From positions 5,892,001 to 5,956,000 of the forward strand of contig NC_087251.1 of the NCBI RefSeq assembly GCF_037042905.1: a stretch of 64,000 bases of DNA, in the 5' to 3' direction. Positions 1 to 14,747 of this stretch are shown here, one piece after another. Source of the stretch: Lytechinus pictus (Eukaryota). The notes under the pieces are model-generated. The model had not been told where the DNA came from and did not search any database. It worked only from the letters and a program-made list of their open reading frames with translations. Position 1 is the stretch's first letter. The number at the start of each line of letters is the position of its first letter. A program made the translations under genes and the position numbers.

Positions 1-2625
1 CCATTAAATGTCTCAACATAGATAACATTTTGGCTATATAACTTAGACATAACATGAATAATCACATTGCCTCACTTGAAATTGCCCCCCTCCCCCCTTC
101 ACATGAAAAAGAAGAGATATACTCTTTGAAATTAATTCCACAAAAAATGAAACAATTTGAGACAAACATAAATTTATGTACTAAGAGGTGTGTTTATCAA
201 AACTCATATTATTAAACCATATAGGTGAAGAGTAAAGGCTAGAATCCAAAGATTCTGTCTGTGTCAAATACAAGTTAGCCACAGAACACAGAGAATCTAG
301 TCTCACTAGGTTAGACCAAGGGTCTGTTCCTACAGACTAGGTAGGAATGGGGTACAGGTACAATGCAATTTTTTTAATCCTCTGAGTATTGTATAATGCT
401 GCCTTGCAAAGTTGGTGAACAGTAATGCACCAAATAAATATGCAATATTCATATTAGTATTAGAATTATTACTTTAGTGTCTCTTTGAATGATTGAATGC
501 TATTTTAAATGAAGACCAGATTCATTGCCTTTTGTATGTTATCCTTTTTCTTGTTTATTTGCTTGCACACCTTGTACTTCATCCATTGATCTCAGCTCCT
601 AATTTTGATTGATGTTTGCTAGAGAGAGAGGGGAGAGTCGCTTTCCCCTAATCATACAGAGCTTGGTAATAACTACACTTGGGAGAAGGCGGAATGACGG
701 ATACCGGGCAGTGTTAGATGCGACACATGCATGTCAACCGTGTCATCTAATTTGTCTGCTACCCTCATCATCAGCAAGAGAACATCAACAAAAACAATCT
801 AACGTTTGATCAGCTTTGTTGGCAGTATTAAAGTTGAGTTTGTTTATGTTAGGTTTGATCAGTATTGCAGATTAGACATGCCTGTATGCATGCTTTTCAG
901 TTGATACATTTAGACAATGTGGTATCTACCAATGATTGAGGTTACAAGCTGACCTACTTCAAAGAGTTTTTGTGTAAGACATGTCCAAGACAAGGGCAGA
1001 GAGATTAGTCGACTGGTAATTTTTGTAGGTATATATATATTTCAGAATATAATAATGCATTAATTGGAACTGCTAATTTTCAGGGCTTTGCTTGATTTCA
1101 GACTCTCACATCAATCTTCCTTTTCTGATTATGTTTTAGTAAATCTATGTAGACCTTGTTGTGGGCTAATGATTAATAAGTATTTCAGCACATTGCTTAA
1201 CCGAGACTAAACTCTAAGTATATGACTGGGATTTGGAATAAATTAGTCCAACCCTACATTCCATTTTTTTAATAAAAAAACTTTAAATTCAAATCTTTAA
1301 GCTTTCAAATTGTAAATCTCTAAGTTTAAAATGTAAGTCCAGTATGTAGCTGATCATTCACCACAGCCTGTGTGGATTATTTTAAATCCATGAAATTTAG
1401 AAAACATGGGAATGCATTCATTTCTGAGGACAATTTAAGTGTTATTAAAGGTTAAATATAAGTTTGTAATCTACTTGAGATGTGGAATTAGTATTTAAGC
1501 ATTTATCTCAGATTTTTGAGGTGTGTGATTTTGCAATATTTCCAGATTTAGACAATATCAACTTGCAGCACTGTTTGCCATCTCCTTGTTGGAGTAAAAA
1601 AAACTATAGATACTTGTAGTTAACAAGATTTAGCTGATAATATGATTTAAGGTCGAAATTGCTGATATCTCCAAGAACTGTAAACCTTACAGAGTCCGTT
1701 GTAGGGAGACTAATCTAAAAAGCTTGGGGGAGGTGGGGAAATATATTCCTGACTTCGTATTCTTCTCTTAAAAGAACGAAATAGACCATGACAAAGTTAT
1801 ATTACCTGCTAATTTGGGGCTTGAAAAATCTACAAAATGAGATGGTTTCAGCTTTGATATTGTCTTAGCCATCATCAATTAAAACGATAATCTTGTTACT
1901 TTTACGCAGCCACACTTATAATTGTTTCATTATATAGCTGAATGCCATTAATATCATCAAAGCATGCACATCATCTACCGGATGACTTTAAAGTATGGAT
2001 GATGCGATATAGTTTAAGGGAATCAAATAAAAGCATCTATTTTTCTATTCTATTTGACATATGATCCATCAAGATAAAAATATTAGGTCACCTTGCTTTG
2101 TATTTTCTTTCCTTAACCTAGATTTCCAGTGCAGATAATTGAGATTGATATCTTTAGGGGGTAAAATGAATAAATGATATTTGCTAGTGCTATGATAGTG
2201 AAGCTTGAGGCAAGGATCTTTACTTTAAGTGCTTTTGGAAGACAATCAATCTGGATAGGGATGTGTAATAGCACCTCTATGACTTGTATTTATGATGGAG
2301 GATTTCCGGGGCTTAGCCCAGGCAGGAGCCAAGAAATGCAAGGGGAATGCAGGTAAACATGTTATGATAGCAACTAAGAGCTTCATCTCCCTGTTTGTAG
2401 CAACCGCAGCCAGCGTGATTCTGGTCTTGGGAATTCATCCTTGCATCCGTGGGCCATCTGTGGGAGTGAAGGTGATTTTAATGGATGCCATTTATTCTTG
2501 ATGCCCGTTTAATAGAGCTGTTGAGATGTCAACTCATTATGTCTTCATAATGACATAAGAGTAAAATTACACTCTATTGACCAAACAGTAGAGTATTGAC
2601 TCATGAATTGACATGTGAAGTAATA

Positions 2626-3002
2626 CCCCTTTCATAAACCCATCCTCCAATTAGCCGCCTAAGAGTAATGCGGATAATTCAATAAAAATTGCGTTCGCAA
2701 ACTCCGAAAATAATCCGCACTATTTTTACGAGCGCCCGTCCTGAAAAAGGCGGATAATCGTCATGACAACTGGACACGCCCCCTCCGATGCGGTTGTGTT
2801 GGAAAAGGGTGACCTTGTGACCGCACCATGGCAATTATCCGTATTATTTGAAAATGCGTTCATAAAGTAAAAAATCTGGTCCCGATGCCGCTATTATGCG
2901 GATAATTGCAGCATAAAAATAATGCGGATAACTCTGGTCCTCCTCTGATTTTACGACCAAATTATGCTGCTATTAGCCGCATAATTGGGTTTATGAAAGG
3001 GG
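2626..3002. mobile_element. MITE (non-autonomous DNA transposon), superfamily uncertain
   Basis: Perfect inverted ends taatacccctttcataaaccca (2621-2642) / tgggtttatgaaaggggtatta (2986-3007); TA on both sides of the cccc/gggg ends; CpG-rich interior with repeated gcggataat / attatccg motifs. Confidence 0.8.
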
Positions 3003-6000
3003 TATTAGAAGGCATGAATCCTTGTTTAACAAACTTCTTTGGTGTTGATTCATGAAGCAATATTCACTGTTTAGTTTGCTACAAGAATCTTACTTTGGCA
3101 AACACCTTCAGTGTCGATCCATCCATCTCTTTCTGATAAGGTGTCAAACTTTATTGAATCATGATATATAGTTCATCATAAACTTTTTTTTTATACACAC
3201 TCTTAGATAAAAAGATCTTGACCTTGAATTATTGTACTTTTTCAAGTTGTATCACCAGTATTGTAGACCTACCAAGGTCTTCTTAAAACATCTTTTGAAT
3301 TACAATTGAAGACAATATAATAATGCAGACATAAAGAAAATTCCTTCTGAGAAAAAGTAATTAAAATTATTATTCTTATATTATGTGAGTACTGTAATAC
3401 ATTATTCATAATCACAATACAGGTGAGATCCATAAGATTGTATTGAGATGAGTCTGTGTTCAAGATTTTATGATGAAGAAGACCTCTACTTCACCTCAGC
3501 TCATAAAAAAGACAATAAATAGTCGCATTATAGCTGGGATTGTTGGCTGTCAATGTAGAAATAAGATCAGGGCCAAGAATATCACTTGCGACCTCATCTA
3601 ACAAAAACAATCGTAAGTAACATCAAGATATTATGGATACCATCAGATGGAAATACACTGGTTGAACAAAGGACATTTTGATCATGGACAACTGGCATAC
3701 TTTGCTGGTCAGTATGAAATTGAAAATTTTTTATACAGTCTGTATGGGATATCAAACAAGGAACTGAAGAATTTTGCATTAAAAAGTTTAGTAAAAAAAA
3801 ATCATATATGAAATACCAGATTTTTATTTGAAGTCATTGGCATACCAAGATATTTTGTATCAGAATGAAAAAAAAATCAAAATCATTCTTTGTTGAAGAG
3901 GTGAATATGGATCATTTGATAAGTCATTGAAGTATGAAATACAAGATTTAGGATTATTGTACAGCACTATATCATTTGGGAAAAATACGCTATTCTATCT
4001 TTGCCACTCTCCACCCAGGTTCAAATGGGAAATGTCAGGAAGGCCTTGTATACTTTGAAGCCCCTATGTCTTAAAGCACTTTGTCTAATGGTATACATGA
4101 GTTTCTCAGCTTAAAAATAGGGTTATCATTTCATGTATGGAGTACAAGGGGTTAATAAAGATGCAGCTGTTGAAAGTTGGCAAATTATTATTTGGTGATT
4201 GATCTTCATCTATGGACTTATGACCATCTCTGTGGTTGAAGGGAACAAGTGACATGTGTGCCTGTGATGGATGTAAACGATATCTGTTCCAGACAGGCGC
4301 AGACATTGCAAGTAATGAAGATAATGGTCTCCAAGAGGTGCCAGCCGTTTGTCTTTTGCCTTTTCTTCTTCATCCCCTTGTTTTTATGTTGTTCCTGCCG
4401 ATTACTGTCCAAATCAAAACAAGGTAATCAGAGGGGGTCTCATCCCTTCTGCAGTTATGGTCTGGTTTTCTCATTATTAGATGACAGTGTCAATCAGTAA
4501 GACAACTTGTGTCTTGACTATGAAGAAATAAGATGCTTTGAGGAGGGGTAAACTAGTTATTATTCCAATCTACCCATGATGACAGGCTGTAATATAGTCA
4601 ATAAAAGCTTACTTTACATATGATAGGTGGAGGAGGGCAGGTGATATGAGTTTAAAGAGAAATAGAAAGAGGGTTGCAGAATACAAGGAGATGAGAGAGT
4701 TTAACGATGATCTCTATTGTAGTTGGCAACATTATTATTTGGGGATGCGGTTACCAGTATACCTGTTATGTTCAATTCCTTAGTATCATGGTACACTGAG
4801 GTAATATTCAAAGTCAATGAAAGATTGATGGGGCAAGATGGGATGAGGAAAGGATAGAGGAAACAAATAGGATGGAGATTTATATTACAATGTGTTTGAT
4901 ATAACAGTTCATTAACATCACCCAAATTGATTAACTTAGATGTGGGGATGAAGAAAAGAATACAGATTAAATCACTTGAGATCAGTAGTGTACTTTCTGA
5001 ACCGTGTTTGTAGTTTGTATGTATGGGGGGGAGACCATTTTCTGCCTATTTTTGTTTGGGGTGAGGATTAGCCAGTGAGTGTGTTAGTACTGAAGTACTT
5101 GAACCTTTAAAAGGGGTGTGAGAGTTCAGCTTTTGATTTTGCTTTTGATTTTTTTAGCTTAACTTCAGCTTATTTCAGCTTTGTACAAAAGTTTGGGAGC
5201 TCTTTCAATTTTAGGTTTTTTTCAACACTCCAGCTTTTTGTTATCGTGCACACTCCTGCTTTAAGAATTTCAAAGTAGTTTTGCTATCACCAAGCATCGA
5301 CCCCCCTCCCCCTCTGCAGAGTCCATTTTTAATCATCCAGCATATACTCAAGTCATCTGCTAGAGGAGAAGTGACACAATATGCGAACAGAAGGAGGGGA
5401 TGATAGGGGATGATAAGGCAGAATGATTCTGCATTTGTTCAAAGTTTTTAGGAGAGTTAGTAATGATTCTGTTTTGAATGATTGTTAGTGATGCAGGACT
5501 AAGCATTACTACTTAGTGCATTTCATTATAAGATCCCAAACCATGACAAGAAGTAGACTGGTCTCCTTGATAAAAGTTATTCTGATGCATTGGAAAGTCA
5601 TCCCATATCTACCATGCAAATATTAGAGAAAATTAAAACTAAGCACCAAAGGTAGCATGACTGCTTAGAGTATTTTCATGGGTCATACATTTGGGCTTCT
5701 TTGCAACAGTGAGCATATGAACATGCATACCTTGAATTTTGCATAAGGGGTCTGTGGTGCATGGTATGTCTGAATTAATTTCATTAGTTAACAATTAGTT
5801 TTGACAACTTAGTTATTATTTTTTTTAAATAAAGAAGTTCTCACAAATAAAACAAATCAATTTAGTTCATTTGTAAACAATACATGTTCTGTAATCTGTA
5901 TGACTATTGTCAACACAACAACCATGCCTTAGTCTTGAACTTTGACTGGAATTTTACCCAGCCTTTGAAGATTAAGAAGAAGTCCCGCAAACTCGTAGCA

Positions 6001-6661
6001 TATCAATCACAATGAAGTCCTTTACATTACTCTAATGCCATGGTACATCTCCTATGTCTGTTTATCTCATCATGCACTGCCATCACCACTCTCAAACATC
6101 TTGTTTTGATTTTTATACTTCACTACCAGCATGATGACCAAACACAAAGTAATTGTCTAGGAATGTTTTGCTTGGCTAGAATCCCCGTCCACAACAAACT
6201 TCTAGGATACAAAAACACAACTGGGAGGAATGTTAGGGACACAGAGAGAGAGAAAGAGAGGGGGATGGGTTGTGGCAGACAGGAAACAGGGATAGATGGA
6301 CAGACATCCATCAAGATTGTGTTTCTTTATTACAGTTATTAGTTCAATTAGGCCATTAATAATATATGTTATCAGGATAAGATGTGAACTCATTTAAATC
6401 ACTCCAATAATGAATTATGTTTACATGAAACTCAAAATGTAGTAAGAAACAGGTCTTTCTTAGAGGAATCCTAGATGCGAGAGATGCTTAGTGTCTTTAA
6501 AATAGGATCTCTTGCTAAAAGACATGGCACAGACTATTGTTAAAGTGCCTAAAATTACAATTTATTTCTATCATATTAGTTTAATGGGTCTTTCAATTAA
6601 TCAATTTTGAATTTATCAATCAATGATTTTGTTTTATTTCTATCTTTTGATCATTTTGTAG

Positions 6662-6783
6662 AGAACGTATCCGATGGTATCAAAGTGATTGATTTTGGGA
6701 ATGCCATACATGGTGTATATGAGGAGCTGTCATTGTACTATGATGAGTTTGAACTCCAAACCTTACTCTATAGGGCACCTGAG
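6662..6783 (+). CDS. Internal exon of a CMGC (DYRK/HIPK-related) protein kinase: subdomains VII-VIII, NVSDGIKVIDFGNAIHGVYEELSLYYDEFELQTLLYRAPE
   Basis: IKVIDFG and YRAPE motifs; T-rich tract plus TAG acceptor ending at 6661; consensus GAG|GTAAGT donor at 6784 (phase 0). No exon with the catalytic loop was found in 1-6661, so it presumably lies upstream of the window. Confidence 0.92.
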
Positions 6784-7897
6784 GTAAGTCAAGTACTTCA
6801 ATCTTTCTTTCCAATGCATGGTGGTGCCTGGGAATACCCTGGGCTGCAGTTCACCAAAGGCACATTCAAGCAATTTTCTTGAACTAGATTTGCAAACATG
6901 AAATACAAATCAAAATGTCAACACAATGTGCAATTATTGCAAGTGGGTGTTCAAACATCTTTTCACCAACCCCGATTCTCTGTCAATTCAAGATATATTG
7001 CTGAACGTCATATTCTTCACTTTGATCCAGGTTGTATTGGTCAACTTGAAGTGTATGCAGTGCATTTCTGAGCCGAAAGGAGTTCACTATTATAGTATCA
7101 GAAATCAATTCATATCTTGGTTGCATTTAACCAATCTTCACAATATGTGGTTCTGCAGAATCAAGTCAAAATTGCATCTTTAACACCATGATCCCCAGCT
7201 GAGAAGATGCCACTTGAACACAACCAAAATCAAACCATTCACCTCAGAAGAAATGCACATAAGCATTGGAGTGAACATGATTTCAAAAGCTTTGAAAAAT
7301 GGTTATTCACAGATGGGTAGAGGTGGGCATTGCATTCTTCTTTGTGGAAACCATGGATATTTCTACCATTTTGAAAGAAGATTTGCTAGTTTCATCAACA
7401 GTTTTTTTCTGTTGACAATGAAAGATCGTAGGTAGCAAGAGAGGGCAGTGGTGATCTCCGATTTCATTCCATTATGATTCTTTATTTGTTACAATGGTAA
7501 CTTTCATACACTTTGCCTTCATACAGCTTTATGTATGATACTAATTGCTGTGCTCTGCGGTACATACTTAGCCTTACCCAGCAACGCATAGCACATTTTA
7601 GGCACTAGTTACAATACTGCCTGTCTAGCTCTTAGTAAACTCATATATATAAAGTGAATGACTTGCAAGCTTTAATTGTATAACAAGTGGCAATTACTGC
7701 AGATTTTGCGGCTATGAGCAATGTGATAATAATAGCACAAAAATCATGAAAATACATGGTGTCATATGAATGCAAAGTGAGGTAAATCATACATGAAACA
7801 CAGCAGAAAGAGGAAATTTTTACTCTTTACTTTGGTGTTACATTTTTTAAGTTGTAATAACTCCTAAGCCACTAATTATTAAATGTTATGATGCCTG

Positions 7898-8052
7898 CAG
7901 CCTGTTGCATAAAACTTTTTACCTGAGAAAACTCTGGTAAAAACTGAAAACTAAGGTTAGTCTGATTTCTGCCATTGACTTTAACACGGGGCAAAAGCTC
8001 AGGTAAAAAATACCTGAGTTTTCTCAGGTAAAAAGTTTTATGCAACAGGCCC
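7898..8052. mobile_element. Short palindromic MITE, PIF/Harbinger-like
   Basis: About 35-bp inverted repeats gcctgttgcataaaactttttacctgagaaaactc / gagttttctcaggtaaaaagttttatgcaacaggc; CTG direct repeat on both flanks (7895-7897, 8053-8055). Confidence 0.75.
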
Positions 8053-11000
8053 CTGATTGGCTATCCATGCATATATTAGCATTTGGGTAATGTGCAGCAA
8101 TACGCACCCCAAATATGCAATGTTTTGACTTGAGCATTAATTAAAGTTTTTCTTTCATCCGTCCCTACATTATGAGTGTAAGGGTGGAAAAGGTTTTGTT
8201 TGTTTTGAGGCTTTTAATAAAATTCACAATTCATTAGATGACAGAATTACCATTGTTGATTATGAAATAGGTACCCACACATGGCCTATCATCAATGTAG
8301 GTCCATTTAGAAGAAACTTCTTTTGACATAATTATATCATTGTCTAATATCTAGGTGCCAAAACATGTTCCATAGAGCATTTGACTGAGCAAGGGGTCGA
8401 TGACGTGAGTGTAATACCCGAAGAAAAAAAACACATTGATGAAGCATTGACACCATGCTTCATTAAATAACAATCATTTCCATGCCATAGTAATTTGTGC
8501 AAAATAAAGAAATGGTTATACAAGGAGAGGCATTCTATCTTGAAGGTTACTTTCAGTTAACTTCATGACCTTCAATTTTTCAAAATTTCAAATCAATACA
8601 GTTTGAAAGTTTGGAACAAGAAGGGAAATAATTACATAAAGGCAAAAGGTAAAGAGAGAAAGATGGAGAAGAGATAGGTATAAAAACGGACTAAGATAGC
8701 AATATAGATAAAACTATAGAGATAGAGAGGAGACATCAGAGAGGAAGAAAATACACAACAGTAGAGATGGAGTAAGGTAACATGGTAATGAGAATGGGGG
8801 CAGAAAGGGGGGACAGAGAAAAGAAAAAAGAAGGGTAAAATGGGTTTTTTTTTAAGTCAGAGAGAAGAGATAAAAGGGGGAAGGAGCAAGAGACAGAGGG
8901 AGAGAGGGAGTTAGATAGCACATTCATGTGAATGATTCCACTCATTCCTTCCAAGCATGAAATTGTTTGAAGAAGCCGACAAGGGATGATAAAGTCCATG
9001 GAATCAGAATATTTTCAAAGGGGCATCCGTCGTTGAGAGAACAGCTCTTATTGGAAACTGAAAAATTGTCAGTGTGAGAAACTTATAGACGGGCATTAAA
9101 GCAGCTGTGGGCTGTCTAATAAAATTGTCCGCAAATTTACACACAAAATCATGAACGACCAATTTGTGTAGAGCCAAAGGTATGTCTCATTCACATTAGC
9201 TGAAGTTGAAATGTGTAAATGTTGCATTCAAATTCTCAGGGTAAGTTTTGTTGTTTTAGAATCTATAATTTAAGATCAAATATAATATGTAAGCTTAAGC
9301 TATTGAAATTTGAATGAATTAAAGAGAAAGGCTGTAACTGGTTTGTTGGATGAGTATGTAATATTCTTATGGGGTAAAACAAAGTTTTCAGTACAACAAA
9401 TCAAAGTGGCTTTATAAGATCTCGTTTTAGGAAGAGGCAAACCAGAAGCAGTTCATGGACAGGTACCAGATTAAGATCATTGTGGTTGCAATGCTGTAAG
9501 GGTGTGTTCAATCAAATATCTTTGCCAGACACACAAACAAGAATCACTCAAAATACAAACACATAATATGGTTATTTAAAAAGAGCATTTAATCACATTG
9601 TTTTTCAATCTCACGTACATGCCCAGCATGCATCACAGATGAATGAGTTTGACCCAGAATTTGAAAGCCAGCTTGGGATTGTATGCATTTGACGTATGAA
9701 GGGGGGGGGGGGGCTGTAGTAGAAGCATGATCAAGGTTTTTGCAGTTTTCAGTTGACTTTTCATATCTATCATTCTACAGGCTCGCTTATCAAATTGCAC
9801 CTTTTGGGGGGGCTTCCTGTTGGTTGATTTGAAAGACATAGTTTTGCAAGTGACCTTTATTTGAAGAAATCATTGTTTAAAAGCATGTTTGTAGGTTTAA
9901 ATATTTCTTGATTGAACACAACCTAAGTTTAATCACTCTTCAGTAGCATGCTTTCTGCACCTTGAACATGTAATAGATGTAATCTATTCTTGATAAAGGA
10001 CAGTGGTTTACCATAATGAGAAGTACCTTCATTCTTTCACCTCTGGTTGTAACACAGTTTAAAGTTATACTTTCAAGACTTTTTGAAAAGTGATCAGAAT
10101 TATGAGAAAATGGATATAGACTTTTAATCATGTTTCTTTGTATTTATGAAATTTACAGCTCTAGGCAAACACATTCAGCAATATGTTTGATTGAATTGTG
10201 TAAATTATGTAGACCTGATGCCTATGATCATAGGCAAAGAAATGCAGGCATACAAAAGAAAGTTTTCAATTACTGGATATTTCAAATTTAAAATTAGAAA
10301 TAAATGTCATGAATGTAAATCACAATGGTTAATGAAAATTGTACATCCTGACAGTTAATGTTTAAAGAGCAATATAAAATAAACAGAAGAAACTTTTTAT
10401 ACAGTTAGATGATACATTGATATGTATCAGCTTTAAAATTTTCAAGCCAGCTAGGTAAAAAGCAAAATTTTATTGATTCTTCCAGTTTAAGTGCCCAGAC
10501 TGTTTTATAACAAGATTTGTTTCTTATCTTTTACCCTTTTCTGTGGTAATTTTGTGAGATTCGGTTCTTGACAAGCTAACCAATAAGAGCATCACTTTTC
10601 CCTTTATTAAAATCTCAAATTTGATCAGCTTATTTGGTTTAACTCATTCTACTTGATCCGCTTTACAAGGAAATGAGGTGAAACAAGGATATACCGTACT
10701 TACCTTGTTTTCTAAGACCCAGGAATACACTTTTTCTTCAAGCTTAAAAAGAGTTAAACCCCAAAACTTATATAGCCTTTATCAGATGCAGAAAATGAAT
10801 ATTGAAGTGAAAGTATGCTGGAAAGCTTGACAAGGAATTTTAAATCATGAATCTATTTGAAAGTTTAAATTACTGTTTACAGTATTAAGGTGTGAACCTA
10901 TCATCAGGGTCGGGAATTTATTAGATATCAGCACTTAATGCCTTTCTTGCACTTTGAGGGCTAAATTGGTTTTTCCCAATTAATGAAGTTTTACAATCTT

Positions 11001-14000
11001 TGATTATTATTTCATTCCCAACATTCTGTACAGTAACTATTGAGTCAATGAAGAGGATAGATTATTCTCTTTGCCTTGTTTTGTTTGTGAAAAAGAAAAC
11101 TTTATAATTATATTAATTTCTAAGTGTGTAAAAAACCACATTACACAGCCCCTGTAATGTGATTCAAATTCAAAATATTTTATCCAGTAATTGAAAACTT
11201 ACTTTTGTATGCCTGCATTTCTTTGCTTATGATCATAGGCATCAGGAAATATACATTTTTTTACACTCACCTCATACTTGTTGAAAATATTCCACTTGCA
11301 TGTACTTGACATGATTTTTGTAATTTTTCTAATGTTCATTTTGAGACATCGATCATTGATAAACCAAATATTTATATATATATATATAAGTATAAATTCA
11401 ATCACCATGCAGTTGCATGAAGTATCTGTTTTAATTGCATGACAGGTGTTATTATCATTAATATTTGTGTTAATCATTGAACCAATTAATATGACTGTTA
11501 GAAAGTAGGGGTGGAGAAAAATCACAAATTAGTTATTCTGAACATGTACCTCGCCAAACTTGAATTATGTTTTCTAATTGGTTGATTTAAAAAGAAATTA
11601 ATATGACAGCTTAAACTCTAGGTTTCAAGTCACATGGAATTGCTGTATATCAAATAACTTCCAGTTGAGACTGAGAGCATCTTGTAACATAAAATAAAAT
11701 AAAATCACATTTTTTGTTTTATATGTTTTTGTTTGTTTTGTATGATTATCCAGATTTTTTTTAATCTGCATGATCACTTCCATTTGTTTTATTGTTTGTA
11801 AGAACAGTACCTATCAGTTGATACTCTTGTGTAATAAGTCCTTTTGGGTTAATTTTTAGTTCAGAGCAGATTCCATGTAAATCAGCTTAGTTCTGATAAA
11901 AATCTTACTAAAATGGTAATAACTACGATTGCACATTTGTGAACAATCTGCCTATCAAAACGTTTTATCAGCCAATATCAAAACAGGTTTCCTGGTATAA
12001 CAGCAGGTCTTATTCAAATCCTGAGGTGATTAGATACTTTATAATATAGTTTGGTTGTTTAGTTTCTTGGACTCCGAATGTGTCCAGAGTTGGATATTTA
12101 GCAGCGGAAATGGAAAAGTGACTGGAATTGATCCAGCAAAGTTGATTTGAAAGTCAGATTTTTAAAGTAGATTTATTACTGTGGCAAATGACCGATTGAA
12201 CCGAGAACTACCCTGGCTTTTGATAGCAGACCTCGGGGAGAGTTCGGAAAAGGCTTCAGTTTTAATGGATGAAAGAATACAAGAAATAGAAAGGAATGAG
12301 GGAGGATATTTTATGCAATATCAAAAATGAAAGTGAAAAAAAAATCAACAGAAAATTGAGTTGAGTACAAAAAAATGTTTCAACCATCATGTCATTCAAA
12401 AGTAAGCTGTTTTAGAACATGAGTCATCTTTAGTGAAGGCAGACATGTCATCGACCTCTCTCAATAAATAACCTTCATCCCTCTCCCGAAATGTGTTTCT
12501 ATTCAGCAACATTTGAACTATGCCAATTAATGAAGCAATCAGTAGATCATTAACACAGTTGCAAAGAACAATAAAATACTGAATTCATCAGAAAGCACTG
12601 ACCTGTGATAAATACATCTTTTTCATGGAATATTGATTAAATGGGAGGTCCATCTTTTGTTTCTCATTGCGGTAGAGTTGATTGTGACAATTCCATTTCG
12701 TCAAGCCTCAAACATTGGATGCACCCAGGTGCTAATGATGCATTGCAATAAAATAGAACCATCAAGGTTATACTGTTTGATGTTGACAGTTCAATATCTT
12801 GAACAAAGGGAAAGGAATATGTAATCATTTAAAAAATACAATAATTTTAAGTATTTATAAATTTGATTTATAATATGATGATGAATATGATGATAACATG
12901 ATAATTATAATAAAAATCATATAATAATCATAATGATAATAGTAATATTAATAATAGATATCATTTATTTAAATGGGTACAACGAAGTTCGTAACATTTT
13001 CTAACATTTTTTCTAACATTTTCTTTGCCTTTCCAGTATACATCTAGGATAATATCTATGGATAATATTTTTCGATTGAGTAGTTTTTTTTTATTTATCT
13101 TTTAGTTTGCTTACACTGTATTTCTCCTTTGTCTTTACCAATAATGTATTTTTATAAGCTGATATTCAAATAAATCACACCTTCTCTTGGTTCTCTCTTG
13201 TATGAGAGCTCATTTCTTCCTGCATCATCCTGGTAATAATGAATAATTTTTTTGGGAAATGTGATATCATTCCCATTCTGGTAATTATGTTCCCCTTCCC
13301 ATGGATTACAGATCCCATGGTTGCTCTGAAACGTTTGACTTGGAAAGGGGAAATTGATACAGTTCTATTCAACAGAGAAGGAGTATGGGAACCTGCATTT
13401 TAATTTTTCAATTCAAGACTTGCCATTGTGATTTTGATATTTGTCCTCTTATCCGTCTTGTTTCATTTGGTAATTTTTATATTTTTGTGTTTTCTTTCCA
13501 CCAGCCTTATTTATTCTTAACCATGTTTTGTTTTAGCTTACCCTTGCTTCTTTCCCATTATCCCTCTAACCTCTGAAAGTTTGACCATCCCCACCAATGT
13601 TCCCTCTTTCATCGTCTATATAAGCATCGCATCTGTTTTAACATTGACTATCACCATCTGAATTTATCCTAATTTTTTTTTCATTTTATTCTAATTTCTA
13701 ATAAATTCTGTTTTCTCTTACTTTAAAGAATTAAAATCTGCGCTCTTCCGCATTGGTCTCAATGAGATTACTTTTTAACTTTCTATTCAGTCTCCTTGAT
13801 GAAACTTATTTCTCTTCAGCTGTCTGCTCTTAAAATAGACACCCCCCCCCCTTGAATTCAGTCCCTCCTTCACCCCCTCTCTCTCTCTTTATCTCCCAAT
13901 CCATCCACCTTTCACACTGTCATCCTTTCTACCAGTCATAGGTCTCTCCCACTTTCCTCCTCCCCATTCGAAAATATTTTTCCCTCTTACTTTGTCTCCC

Positions 14001-14747
14001 ACATTTATTTTACCCATGAATATTTGTTCATATCTATTTTATTTCTCTGTTGTCTTCTCCCCTTCCATACATGCCCAATTCACTTTACATCTATCCTTAT
14101 TTTATGCTCTCTCAATCGTTATGTCCTTCATCAAGGCAAGCCTTCAATGGAATTAATCAAACATAAAATTCATGGAAAATATTCAGTTTTCTCCGCAGAA
14201 ATGCAAAATATCTACCATTATAGGTCAATGGCTTCCAATTGATAGAAACTTGTCTTTTATTGAGCATATCTCTTTATTAGATGATTACTATACCCTTGAG
14301 TTTCAACCATCGCTCATAGTACATGGATCATGCGTTCATAGAAATGAAAACTAGACAGTAAAAATGGGGAAAAGAGTAAATTACTCTTTTGTTTCTAAGG
14401 TTCAGTTAATTTTGTATGTCGGTGTATTTTTATTCTCTCAATTTTATTTGGCAAAAAAACACACCAAGAAGTGAGTTATATAAGTCTGTATGAGGGGTCA
14501 AAGGTCTATAAGCCGTATTATAAAACGAACTCACTGAATAGTATGTAGTTATTTAACAAAATAACATTCAATAGAATTGGTAGAAAAGCATCCTGAGTCA
14601 CTCCACTGCATTAAAGTGCATGACACTTTCAAAGTATTGTGCACGATTTGTTCATCTCATTATTCCCATAGTACCTTCGATAACTAAATAAATAATTATT
14701 TGAAATTAAGTTTGTTTTGTAGACATGTAAAGTACATTGTATTCATA

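Noticed and set aside
590..830. 66-aa ORF in a complex, GC-richer patch
   Set aside because: No recognisable protein motif; may be regulatory but cannot be supported from sequence alone.
1..6661. Search for the upstream kinase exon with HxDLKPEN
   Set aside because: Not seen by eye; it probably lies outside the window.
8640..8915. Purine-rich tract and 87-aa minus-strand ORF
   Set aside because: Low-complexity GA-rich sequence that produces a stop-poor frame.
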